From Candidatus Woesearchaeota archaeon (GTDB lineage Archaea; Nanobdellota; Nanobdellia; Woesearchaeales; JAGVYO01): a DNA stretch of 48,046 bases. Position 1 is the first letter of the stretch. Every line of letters starts with the position of its first letter. A program made the translations under genes and the position numbers. The notes beneath the pieces were generated by a model. The model made no database searches, was not told the origin of the DNA, and worked only from the letters and a program-made list of their open reading frames with translations. Positions 22,274-31,782 of this stretch are shown here, piece after piece. Location: assembly GCA_018303225.1 (NCBI GenBank), contig JAGVYO010000006.1, positions 1-48,046 on the forward strand, given 5' to 3'.

Positions 22274-23360
22274 CGCAAGCTTGTTGTTTTGCCCGGATAA
22301 TCTTTTTTTCACGGTCAATCTCAAAACAGGGGCCCAGGAACTGCTCGATCACGTAGATGTTGGTAAGCACATGGTTCGTGATTTTGGAAACCGTAATCTC
22401 GCCTCCGAACAGGGCCAACCAGGGCAGCAGATTGTCTGCCAGATATTCGTCCACCGGCGTTTTGTACCCGATCTCGTTGGTCAGCCGCTCCGCCGCCTCT
22501 TTGCCCACGACTTCTGATTTCCTGCCCTTCTCCCCCAGCGCATCGGCGCCGACACGATTGGTTTTTTCGCCATCCGTGGAGAAAACCGCCCACAGCATGA
22601 TGCCCGATCCCGTGCAGGAGGAAGGCGCATACACTTCCTCGACCGAGAGCGGGCATTTCAGGTCCGATAAGATCACCTTGGCAGCCTGGCTTTGGCGTTC
22701 GGCGACCTTGGCGGCCTGCAGATCCTGGGACGCATGGCTGATGCCCCTGACATGCACCAGCGTGCCCTGCTCCATCAGCCTCAACGGCTTGTCTTCGGCC
22801 CGGAGATAATCCCACAGTGCCGAAAAATCCCTGAAATCCGCCAGCGTGTACGGGCTTTCCACCGAGACTTCCACTTTGCCGCCGCCGGCCGGATAATAGC
22901 CCCGCCGGATCAACCGAAAATCTACCTGCCCGTAAGGAGCCAGCACCGGAAGAAGGACCTCGCTGAAATAGTCCGCGGGCATGCTCCATTTCGTATCGGT
23001 TCCGCCGGTGATGCGCAGAAAGATTTTCCGCTCGGTAAAGAAGCAGGGCAGCAGCAACGCCTGCAGCAGCAACGTGATGGAGCCCGCGGTCTTGATATCG
23101 ATGACCAGCGTCCTTGTCTTCAGGCCGTGCGGCGTGAATTTCAGGCGTTCGGATCCGAGAACAGCCCCCTCCACTTCGGCATCGCACAATTCCTGCAGCG
23201 CCTTGATGGCGTACAGGTGCTGGTTCTTCAGCCCGCCCGAACAGCGGCCCTTGCGGATGTTGGAAACCTCAAACGGCTGCTGCGTCAATGCCGAAAATGC
23301 CAATGCTGTCCGGACAATCTGGCCGCCGCCTTCGCCGTAGTTCCCATCCAGGCTGATCAT
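22257..23360 (-). CDS. rtcA: RNA 3'-terminal phosphate cyclase
   Basis: MISLDGNYGEGGGQIVRTALAFSALTQQPFEVSNIRKGR is the RtcA N-terminal signature. Typical length. Confidence 0.9.
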   Translation of the reverse strand: MISLDGNYGEGGGQIVRTALAFSALTQQPFEVSNIRKGRCSGGLKNQHLYAIKALQELCDAEVEGAVLGSERLKFTPHGLKTRTLVIDIKTAGSITLLLQALLLPCFFTERKIFLRITGGTDTKWSMPADYFSEVLLPVLAPYGQVDFRLIRRGYYPAGGGKVEVSVESPYTLADFRDFSALWDYLRAEDKPLRLMEQGTLVHVRGISHASQDLQAAKVAERQSQAAKVILSDLKCPLSVEEVYAPSSCTGSGIMLWAVFSTDGEKTNRVGADALGEKGRKSEVVGKEAAERLTNEIGYKTPVDEYLADNLLPWLALFGGEITVSKITNHVLTNIYVIEQFLGPCFEIDREKKIIRAKQQACGSYAS

Positions 23361-23390
23361 ACAAAGAAAAGAAAAAGAAGGAATTTAAAA

Positions 23391-23531
23391 GGTTTTGGGA
23401 TTCAAAGAATCCCAAGACCCTAGAAAGCCCTGCTTTCGTAATAGCAAATTGCAAAAATAATGGAACTTTTTTGACGCAATTTGCTATTCTAGCAAAGCTC
23501 ACAAAAGTTCATAGATTAATGAGCTTTGCTA
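23391..23531 (+). repeat. Family B element (copy B3) plus two long perfect hairpins
   Basis: GGTTTTGGGATTC-AAA-GAATCCCAAGACC, then CTAGAAAGCCCTGCTTTCGTAA, then TAGCAAATTGC(23442..52)/GCAATTTGCTA(23476..86) and TAGCAAAGCTCA(23490..501)/TGAGCTTTGCTA(23520..31). Confidence 0.8.
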
Positions 23532-23541
23532 TAAGGTTTGC

Positions 23542-23784
23542 CTAAATCCTGCCCAGGACCCCATCCAGGTTGTCCAGCTCCTGCTCGGTCGCCGGGTCAA
23601 TCACCGAATCCACGTCGTTGGCTTCGCCAATGGCCTCACCGATGCTGTCCGGCGCTTCAACAGCAGGCTGAGGCGCAGCCGGAGGCACAGTGTCTGCCGA
23701 AGGAGCCGTTTTGCACCCTGCCAAAAACAGCAATGCCAGCACCATAATCCATCTTCGCATCGTCATCACCCTTTCCCTAGTCAT
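23542..23784 (-). CDS. Putative lipoprotein
   Basis: MRRWIMVLALLFLAGCKTAPS has a hydrophobic signal with an LAGC lipobox-like cysteine. Start choice uncertain. Overlaps the upstream gene's stop. Confidence 0.5.
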   Translation of the reverse strand: MTRERVMTMRRWIMVLALLFLAGCKTAPSADTVPPAAPQPAVEAPDSIGEAIGEANDVDSVIDPATEQELDNLDGVLGRI

Positions 23785-25276
23785 CAGAAACCTCTACCAT
23801 CTCTTCCACTTCGCCTTCCTCCTCGATCTCCAGATCATCAATATCCTCGCCTGCATCTTTCATCTCGTCACGGATTTGTGTAAGGAGATCGTGCGCCTCC
23901 TGCAGGCTCTGGTGCGCTTTTTTGGCCGCTTCCCTCGACTTCTGGACAGTCTCGGCAGCCAGCTCGGGATTTGAGCTCCGCAATTCCTGCGCTTCTCCGG
24001 CCAGCTTCTGGGCTTCGGCAAAATGATCCCGGGCTTCGGCAATGCGCTCGCTGAAGCGGTTGACCAGCTCGTCCACGGCAGAGACATCCTTGCCCGCATC
24101 TTCGGCCCGTGTCAGGACAATCTCCAATTGGCGCTCCATCTGCCGGCTGCGCACAATAATCTCTCCCACTTTGGCACGATACAACGTATTGACGTGGCGA
24201 TGGATGCCGTCCTTGACATCCTTCCAGGCATCCTTTATCTTTTGGCCTGCTTCGCGGATCTCCGCAGCTGTTGTTGCGCTTTCCGCCGAGGCCTGTGCAT
24301 CCTTCACCTTCGCTACGGCATCCTCGATCCAGGAGAGCATCTGCGACGCATCCTCTTCCTTGATATCGTCCGAGCTCTGGACACGGCTCTTCAATTGCTC
24401 GAGATGCTGCAGGATCGCCTCTGTAAGGCGCTGCAGGTAGTCTTTGGCATGCTGAAGCTTCTCTGCCTCATTCCCTTCCTCATCTGACCTTTCAAAGGCA
24501 GCTCGCTTCTCTTTCCATTCTGCGCTGAGGTTGTTGAGCCGCTCTTCCGCACGTTCAGATTTTTCACGGGCCTCATTGCGAACCTCATTGCGGACAACCC
24601 GTTTCTGAAGTTCCCGCGCCAGCTCGACGCGGTGGGCCTCGAGATTATCCAGGCGTTCCTTCAACTGCTTCTCGTCCAGCGCCGCGTATTCCCTCAACCT
24701 GCTTCGGTCCAACGAAGCAAGCTTTTCCAGCTGGAGGGCATCCAGCTCAGCTATCTTTTTAAGTTGATCCTCATTGAGGGAAGCAATCTTCCGCAGCCGC
24801 TCGGCTTTGACCGCGACCAGGCGCTGGATCTGCTCTTCCCGCAGCTCCGCCAGCTTGCGCTGCTTCTCCTCGGAAAGCTTGGCGACGCGTTCCAGCTCTT
24901 CTTTCCGCAGCTCCTGGAAGCGTTCGACTTCAGAAGCACTTAAGCGCTTGAATTTCTCCAGTTCCCCTTCCTTCAGCTCCCGGAAGCGCTTCAGGGATTC
25001 TGCATCCAGATCCTTGAAACGGGAGTCATCCTCGATGCGTATACGCTGCTGAACCTCTTCCTGCACGCGGATATCGGTTTTTTCCCCTTCAGAGACTGTC
25101 CGGATGCGCTCTTCGGTCCGCACCCGCACCTCATCGTCCTTGATGTCCGTGCGTTCGCGGATATCCACATTGGTAGTTGTAGCATCGTCCGAATCGGCAT
25201 CACGATCCTGCGCAACAACAAGCACACTTCCCACCAGAAACAGCCCCATTACAATAAAGGCAACAAGTCGCTTCAT
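23777..25276 (-). CDS. Secreted coiled-coil protein with ~11-residue repeats
   Basis: Signal peptide MKRLVAFIVMGLFLVGSVLVVAQ. Central periodic segment KLSEEKQRKLAELREEQIQRLVAVKAERLRKIASLNEDQLKKIAELDALQLEKLASLDRSRLREYAALDEKQL. Confidence 0.6.
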   Translation of the reverse strand: MKRLVAFIVMGLFLVGSVLVVAQDRDADSDDATTTNVDIRERTDIKDDEVRVRTEERIRTVSEGEKTDIRVQEEVQQRIRIEDDSRFKDLDAESLKRFRELKEGELEKFKRLSASEVERFQELRKEELERVAKLSEEKQRKLAELREEQIQRLVAVKAERLRKIASLNEDQLKKIAELDALQLEKLASLDRSRLREYAALDEKQLKERLDNLEAHRVELARELQKRVVRNEVRNEAREKSERAEERLNNLSAEWKEKRAAFERSDEEGNEAEKLQHAKDYLQRLTEAILQHLEQLKSRVQSSDDIKEEDASQMLSWIEDAVAKVKDAQASAESATTAAEIREAGQKIKDAWKDVKDGIHRHVNTLYRAKVGEIIVRSRQMERQLEIVLTRAEDAGKDVSAVDELVNRFSERIAEARDHFAEAQKLAGEAQELRSSNPELAAETVQKSREAAKKAHQSLQEAHDLLTQIRDEMKDAGEDIDDLEIEEEGEVEEMVEVSDD

Positions 25277-25346
25277 GCTATCCCTCCTTTTTTGACAAGA
25301 TTCAATTTGAACAGATTAATTTTCCATTGAAATTTTTTAATTTTTA

Positions 25347-25432
25347 GTTGGATAGGGAAATCCCAAAAATTCCGTGCCGGAATTTTTGAATTAAGCACAA
25401 CCTAAAAATAAAGGTTTTTTAGATTAATGCGC
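25347..25432 (+). repeat. Family A element (copy A3)
   Basis: GTTGGATAGGGAAATCC-CAAAAATTCCG-TGC-CGGAATTTTTG...TTAATGCGC. The hairpin is identical to copy A1. Confidence 0.75.
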
Positions 25433-25598
25433 CATTCATTATAGATTCCAAGATGTTTTTCGCACTTCCCACATAAAAAGCTTTCGGTGAAAATCAGGGA
25501 TAGGCAGGGCAAAAACAGCACGCAGGACAAGACCAGGGAAAATCAAAAGCCTTATAAATAAAGCCGCCCTCTCAGTCGCTAAAAGGGGTGGGGATACT

Positions 25599-26423
25599 GT
25601 GAGTGCAGAAAAAGAGATTGTGAATTTCTGGCTGAACAAGCGCGGTTTCTTTACGATTCATAATATAAAGGCATCCGGCAACAAGAGCATCGGCATCCTT
25701 GCCCTCCGTTTCAACCAGGAGCGCCTGAAGGAAGTGATGCACATCGAGATCAGCTGCTCCATTTCGGGCAACGTGACGGATGCCCTCGATGTGAAGAAGA
25801 ACGTGATGCATTTTGTGAAGGACAAGTTCTACGATAAGGAGGTAGAGCGCACGGTGCACAGTTATGTGAGCCAGTTCCCGGGCCCCAAGCAGGATACGCA
25901 CAAGATTCTCGTACTGGGGCCATTGCCCAAGACAAAACGGCAGGAGATCATCCAAAGCTTCAAAGAGAAGAGCATTGATGTGTGGGAATTCGAAGAAATC
26001 GTCTCCAAGGTCCTCCAGGATATGGACACCCAGTTCTATAAGGACGGCATCGTGCGCACCCTGCAGCTGATCCGTTACCTCCTGCTTTCCAATCCGCAGA
26101 AACTGGCCGGATTGGTCAGCGAAGAGGCCGGCATCCTGAACCAGAGCGCCCGGAGCGAGTTCATCAGCGAACTGCTAAAGACCGAACTGGTCCGGAAAGA
26201 GCTCGGCAAGAGCGACGCGGTGCAGTTGGCCGGGATCCTGAAGCATTCTTCCCTGCGGAAGCCCGAGCTGTTGGCAGAGCTGCTGGAAAAGGACATCCTG
26301 AACCAGCGCACGAGAAAGCCCTTTCTGAATTCGCTGCTGAAACAGGAGAAGATGCGCAAGCTCCACGCACCGGCTGTAGAAAAAAAGCCGGAAAAGCCGT
26401 TGAACCAATTCTTTAGTGCCTGA
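25599..26423 (+). CDS. Hypothetical protein; N-terminal region vaguely PD-(D/E)xK-like
   Basis: GTG start after GGGGTGGGG. EKEIVNFWLNKRGFFTIHNIKASGNKSIGILALRF...VMHIEISCS has the layout of small restriction-endonuclease-fold proteins, but the usual Asp and Lys are not evident. Confidence 0.45.
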   Translation: MSAEKEIVNFWLNKRGFFTIHNIKASGNKSIGILALRFNQERLKEVMHIEISCSISGNVTDALDVKKNVMHFVKDKFYDKEVERTVHSYVSQFPGPKQDTHKILVLGPLPKTKRQEIIQSFKEKSIDVWEFEEIVSKVLQDMDTQFYKDGIVRTLQLIRYLLLSNPQKLAGLVSEEAGILNQSARSEFISELLKTELVRKELGKSDAVQLAGILKHSSLRKPELLAELLEKDILNQRTRKPFLNSLLKQEKMRKLHAPAVEKKPEKPLNQFFSA

Positions 26424-26697
26424 GGCCGTGCCACTTTTTATACAGCAGGCGGTACTCGTAAAAGAGGAACATCCCGTATACCATGATAAACCCGAAGATG
26501 AATAGGATCAGCGGCTGCACCCTGGAAGGCGCCAGCTGTTCGCCGGCTGCCGGCGCCGTGCTGGAGAGGACCAGGTTGACGTACCAGCCAAAACCGAAAA
26601 GAAGCGGCAACGCAAGCATCACACCGTCCACCATCAGTTTCCTGCGCAAATCCCCGTGAAGCGTCTTCGGAGAACCACGGCTTTGCTTTTTCGCCAT
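26413..26697 (-). CDS. Small two-TM membrane protein
   Basis: ATG at 26697 gives MAKKQSRGSPKT... with hydrophobic spans VMLALPLLFGFGWYVNLVL and PLILFIFGFIMVYGMFLF. Confidence 0.45.
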   Translation of the reverse strand: MAKKQSRGSPKTLHGDLRRKLMVDGVMLALPLLFGFGWYVNLVLSSTAPAAGEQLAPSRVQPLILFIFGFIMVYGMFLFYEYRLLYKKWHGLRH

Positions 26698-26790
26698 ACC
26701 CTTTCCCACGCAAAAAGCCTATTTAAATGTTTGGCTCAAAAGAGGTGAAATAAGGGGAAAAAATATTGCACATTGACATTTTTATTTTAT

Positions 26791-26974
26791 CTGCGGTAAG
26801 GCCCAAAGGAAAAATGACGCATTGGCAAAAGCCTTTTTATGGGAGAGGGGTTCATTGCAAAATGTCAGAAACCTTTAGGTTTCTGATCATGCTCAAGAAC
26901 CAAAGGTTCTTGACAATTTCATGCCGAAATTTTTGGGCTAATCGCTATCGCTTAAAGAATATTTTTTAATGCGC
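26791..26974 (+). repeat. Family A element (copy A4) interrupted by a TH module
   Basis: CTGCGGTAAGGCC..., then TH module 26864..26914, then AATTTCATGCCGAAATTTTTGGGCTAATCGCTATCGCTTAAAGAATATTTTTTAATGCGC. Confidence 0.75.
26864..26914. repeat. Twin-hairpin (TH) module, compact copy
   Basis: GTCA-GAAACC-TTTA-GGTTTC-TGATCATGCTCA-AGAACC-AAA-GGTTCT-TGAC. Confidence 0.85.
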
Positions 26975-27078
26975 AAATGTCTTTTTCACAATGGGTGTCA
27001 CTTTAATGAGGAAGGTATACAGGCATACAGGAAACACCAGTATGCAATGCACAAAGCGTTTCCGTCGTTAAAAGCCTC

Positions 27079-27489
27079 TTACTTTAAGCGCTGCACCATC
27101 TTGACCGCTGCCTCGGTGGCGCTCTTGGCGTAGCTCTCGATGCGCTTCAGCCCGTCTGCCCGCGTCATCCGCGGACCCGAGACGCCCAGCGAAACGGGTT
27201 TTCCCGTAGCCACGGAGATGTCCATGATTTTCCGCGCCGCATTCTGGGCGATGATCTCGTCATGCGCCGTATCCTCTTCCACCACAGAGCCCAGCGTCAC
27301 CACACCGTCAATGTCCGGACTGTCCACCAGCTTTTTGACGGCCAGCGGCACGTCGAACACGCCCGGCACGCGGATGACCCTTTTCACGTCAGCCCCCAGG
27401 AAAACAGCGTGCTCCTGCGCGATTTTTTCCATCAGGTGCGTGATCTCCGCATTGTACTCTGAAATTACCAACCCCAACTTTTCGTTCAT
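27079..27489 (-). CDS. ribH: 6,7-dimethyl-8-ribityllumazine synthase
   Basis: GLVISEYNAEITHLM, VPGVFDVPLAVKKL and GSVVEEDTAHDE match the lumazine synthase pattern. Confidence 0.9.
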   Translation of the reverse strand: MNEKLGLVISEYNAEITHLMEKIAQEHAVFLGADVKRVIRVPGVFDVPLAVKKLVDSPDIDGVVTLGSVVEEDTAHDEIIAQNAARKIMDISVATGKPVSLGVSGPRMTRADGLKRIESYAKSATEAAVKMVQRLK

Positions 27490-27513
27490 CTCAATCCCTC
27501 CTGTGTGAATGAT

Positions 27514-28673
<1,160 letters not shown>

Positions 28674-28740
28674 TATTGAGTAACTAAGCCATCCGCTTGG
28701 ACAGGAGGTTGCCGCAGGAGCTATTCCGGCAGGGAGGAAG

Positions 28741-28806
28741 CAGCAAAAATTTCCGTAGGAAATTTTTGGTTCAATCGCTAACGCAACATAAATAAGAAAC
28801 AGTGCA
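28741..28806 (+). repeat. Family A element (copy A5, partial)
   Basis: CAAAAATTTCC-GTA-GGAAATTTTTG (28744..28768), then CGCTAACGCAACATAAAT...GTGCAC. Confidence 0.7.
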
Positions 28807-28863
28807 CATCATTCTGCCTAAAGAAAAACTTATTTAAATAGAATAAGCATCCCTAAAAACCAG

Positions 28864-30054
28864 ATGTCTGAACATAAGCCGAGTCGGCCGCTCATTGTGG
28901 GCATGGACCCCGGGACCACGCTGGGGTATGCGTTTCTCGACATGGATGGTCGGCTGCTCGAGACGGGCTCGGCCAAGCAATTTCCGATTCATCTTCTGAT
29001 CAGAAAAGCCATGGATGCCGGCACGCCGCTGTTTGTGGGAACCGACAAGAGGAACGTCCCTTCGGCTGTCCAGGAATTTGCCGCCAAGACCGGCGCCCGG
29101 ATCATGGCGCCCGCTGAAGACCTCAAGGTGCAGGAAAAGAAAATATGGACGAAAGAGCATCGGCTGAGAAACGACCATGAGCGCGACGCGCTGGCAGCGG
29201 CGCTGTTTGCCTGCAACGAACAGCTTCCCCTCCGGAAAAAGATCGAAAAATACGCCCGCGATCACGACAAGGAGAGGCTCAAAGATGCGCTGCAGCTGAA
29301 AGTGCTGACCCAAGGCATCAACATCCGCGACGCCGCCATGCTGCTGGAAAACCCGCCCATCAATGAGAAGCCAAAAATCCCAATCATGCCGCAAATGCCG
29401 TTGACGGTGGAGAACCCTACCAATCTACAGGTACGGCTGCTGCGATTGAAGAAGGAAAACCGGCTGCTGCGGAAGCAGAACCTGAAATTGAAACAGAGAT
29501 CGGCGAAAGAAGAGCACAAGCATAGGAAAGAGACCAAAAAGCTGCAGAAAGAAAATGTAAAAGAAAGAAATGAGACGGCGCTCCGCTTCAAGGAGAACCG
29601 CATCCGTTATTTCGACCGGGCGCTGCGGGAGAAGAACCATGAGGTGGAAACGATACGGCAGGAAAAAAGACAGCTGCTCTCCTTCTTTGGAAAGCTGAAA
29701 GACCATTATCTGCTCAAGAAGCTCAGCCATCTGGGACAGGAGGAATGGGAGCAGAAAAATGCCATCCTAAACATCCAGGAAGGAGATATGCTGCTGGTAG
29801 ACGATCCGAACCGGTTCAGCGAATCCATCGTAGAGAAGATAAAGGGTAAGGTGGATATCATCGTGCACCGGCTGCCCGTCAGCCCAAAACTCAAGGAGCA
29901 ATGGCCCTTCCTCTTTATACCGGCCCATTACCTGCGCATCGAAGAGAACGGCTACGTCGCCATCGTCCCGAGAAAAGACGTAGACCGGGAGCGGAAGAGC
30001 CGGGACGCATTGCAGAAGATGGTGGAAGATTACCGCAAAGAGCGTTTAGCCTAA
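28864..30054 (+). CDS. DUF460-family protein (RNase H/RuvC-like N-terminal domain, coiled-coil middle)
   Basis: LIVGMDPGTTLGYAFLDMDG...TDKRNVPSAVQEFAAKTGARIMAPAEDL...HERDALAAALFA matches my memory of archaeal DUF460. Confidence 0.7.
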   Translation: MSEHKPSRPLIVGMDPGTTLGYAFLDMDGRLLETGSAKQFPIHLLIRKAMDAGTPLFVGTDKRNVPSAVQEFAAKTGARIMAPAEDLKVQEKKIWTKEHRLRNDHERDALAAALFACNEQLPLRKKIEKYARDHDKERLKDALQLKVLTQGINIRDAAMLLENPPINEKPKIPIMPQMPLTVENPTNLQVRLLRLKKENRLLRKQNLKLKQRSAKEEHKHRKETKKLQKENVKERNETALRFKENRIRYFDRALREKNHEVETIRQEKRQLLSFFGKLKDHYLLKKLSHLGQEEWEQKNAILNIQEGDMLLVDDPNRFSESIVEKIKGKVDIIVHRLPVSPKLKEQWPFLFIPAHYLRIEENGYVAIVPRKDVDRERKSRDALQKMVEDYRKERLA

Positions 30055-30531
30055 CTCCGCATACGGCAGCTGCATCCTCTTTCCGGTATCCATATTCTTT
30101 ACGCCCACTTTCTTCCCCAGAAAAAGGATTTTGAGATTCTCGCCGCGGTGCACGACCACCTGGCCTTTCTTGAAAGGATACAGGCGGAACAGGACATTGA
30201 CCCGGTAGACTTCCCGGCTGGTCTGGTGGTGCCGGGTGAAAAGTTTCGCGCTGACGATAAGCTCGCCGCCAAAATGCTCCTGGAGCATCTTCCCCAGTTT
30301 CCTCATAAACCGCTGGGAGCTCAGGTACAGATCCCATCCGTTTTTGACCTTTAGCTGCTTGCTCATGAAGACCCCCTCTTGCCGGGACACGTTCTGCTGG
30401 ACAAAAACCAGGACAACCTGGGTAGGGTTCCGCAGCTGGAGGATGCCCTCGAAATAATTGGAATGGACGCTTTTCACGGAGCATCGGAAAATAGATAGGT
30501 TTTTATTAGTTTCGTTGCGAGAAGTCCCCAT
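30046..30531 (-). CDS. Truncated NMD3-like protein; start uncertain
   Basis: SNYFEGILQLRN...GGELIVSAKL resembles the post-zinc-finger part of NMD3. No CxxC clusters anywhere in the ORF. ATG at 30531 overlaps the divergent signal-peptidase ATG. An alternative GTG start lies at 30477. Confidence 0.45.
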   Translation of the reverse strand: MGTSRNETNKNLSIFRCSVKSVHSNYFEGILQLRNPTQVVLVFVQQNVSRQEGVFMSKQLKVKNGWDLYLSSQRFMRKLGKMLQEHFGGELIVSAKLFTRHHQTSREVYRVNVLFRLYPFKKGQVVVHRGENLKILFLGKKVGVKNMDTGKRMQLPYAELG

Positions 30532-31132
30532 GGCCCGATCCCGCAAAGCGCTCAGCTGGAGAAAGGTATGGAAGTTCATCTGGGACGACAACTCCATATG
30601 GAGCTGGCTCGTGAACGTCATTCTGGCGTTTGTGCTGATCAAGTTCATCATTTTCCCTACTCTTGGGTTTGTGCTGTCCACGACGCATCCCATCGTGGCC
30701 GTGGTATCGGGAAGCATGGAGCACGATGCACGGTTCGAACCATGGTGGGAGGCTCACGGCCAATGGTACGAAAGCCGGAACATCACGCTGAAAGAATTCC
30801 GGAGCTTCCCGTTCAGGGAAGGGTTTAACCGCGGGGACATCATGCTCCTCTACGGGAAAAAACCCAAAGATATAAAAAGAGGCGACGTGATTGTTTTTCA
30901 GAGCACAAGCCGCGACCCGATTATCCATCGCGTGGTGGACAAAAGACAGGATAAAAGCGATTATGTGTTCCAGACCAAAGGCGACAACAACGCGGATTCC
31001 ATCAAGACGTCCCAGCTGGACGAGACCCGCATCCCCGAAGCGCAGGTGATCGGAGCAGCTGTGTTCCGCATCCCGCTCCTGGGGTATGTGAAGATCATTT
31101 TCATCGAAATCATCCAGATGTTCCAGAGGTGA
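30530..31132 (+). CDS. Signal peptidase I, archaeal/ER type
   Basis: Internal ATG at 30530. TM helix WLVNVILAFVLIKFIIF, catalytic-Ser box VVSGSMEH, and GDVIVFQS...PIIHRVV. Confidence 0.8.
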   Translation: MARSRKALSWRKVWKFIWDDNSIWSWLVNVILAFVLIKFIIFPTLGFVLSTTHPIVAVVSGSMEHDARFEPWWEAHGQWYESRNITLKEFRSFPFREGFNRGDIMLLYGKKPKDIKRGDVIVFQSTSRDPIIHRVVDKRQDKSDYVFQTKGDNNADSIKTSQLDETRIPEAQVIGAAVFRIPLLGYVKIIFIEIIQMFQR

Positions 31133-31135
31133 ACC

Positions 31136-31456
31136 ATGTTTTGCCCGAAATGCGGCTCCATCCTGGTGCCGAAGAAAGAAGACACCAAGAAGGTGATGGC
31201 ATGCTCTTCCTGCGGCTACAAGACCGACAAGACCCGCGACGCGACCATCAAAGAGGTAACGGGCAAAAAGACCCGCAGAGTAGAGGTCATTGAGCATGGC
31301 GAACTCGATACGCTGCCGAAGACTGCTGCAGAATGCCCGAAATGCGGCTACAAAGAGGCGCGCTACTGGCTCGTCCAGACAAGAGCGGGCGACGAGCCCG
31401 AGACCAAGTTCCTGCGGTGCGTCAAGTGCGAGCACACCTGGCGCGATTATGATTAA
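31136..31456 (+). CDS. tfs: Transcription factor S (TFS/RpoM family)
   Basis: Zinc ribbons CPKCGS..CSSCGY and CPKCGY..CVKCEH, plus the acidic loop QTRAGDEPET. Confidence 0.9.
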   Translation: MFCPKCGSILVPKKEDTKKVMACSSCGYKTDKTRDATIKEVTGKKTRRVEVIEHGELDTLPKTAAECPKCGYKEARYWLVQTRAGDEPETKFLRCVKCEHTWRDYD

Positions 31457-31459
31457 GCG

Positions 31460-31675
31460 ATGAGAATAACCGTCCTCGCAAAGCCGAACAAGCCCAAGAC
31501 AGAACTGATTTCTGCAGACCCCGGCAAGAACACCTACCTCATCCACCTCAAGGCGCGGCCCGAGAACAACAAGGCCAACATTGAATTGCTGAAGTTCCTG
31601 AAGAAACACTTCAGGAAAGAAGTTTCGATCGTAAGCGGCTTCACTTCCAAGAAGAAAATCATCGAGCTGAAGTGA
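31460..31675 (+). CDS. DUF167 (YggU-like) protein
   Basis: 71 aa. ITVLAKPNKPKTEL...HLKARPENNKANIELLKFLKKHF fits the DUF167 pattern. Confidence 0.65.
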   Translation: MRITVLAKPNKPKTELISADPGKNTYLIHLKARPENNKANIELLKFLKKHFRKEVSIVSGFTSKKKIIELK

Positions 31676-31782
31676 ACCCAAAACTTTATAAACTACCATC
31701 CTACCTAAATACGTAAAAAAGAGGGGTGATTGCAATACCGATAGCAGGTAGTTCTGGGTGGATGTTTCTCTTACAGGTATTG

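Noticed and set aside
22321-23423. Long alternative-frame ORFs (22321..23187 minus, 22692..23423 plus) over rtcA
   Set aside because: The rtcA frame has the canonical EGGGQIVRTALA signature. The others are Arg/Gly/Ala-rich shadow frames.
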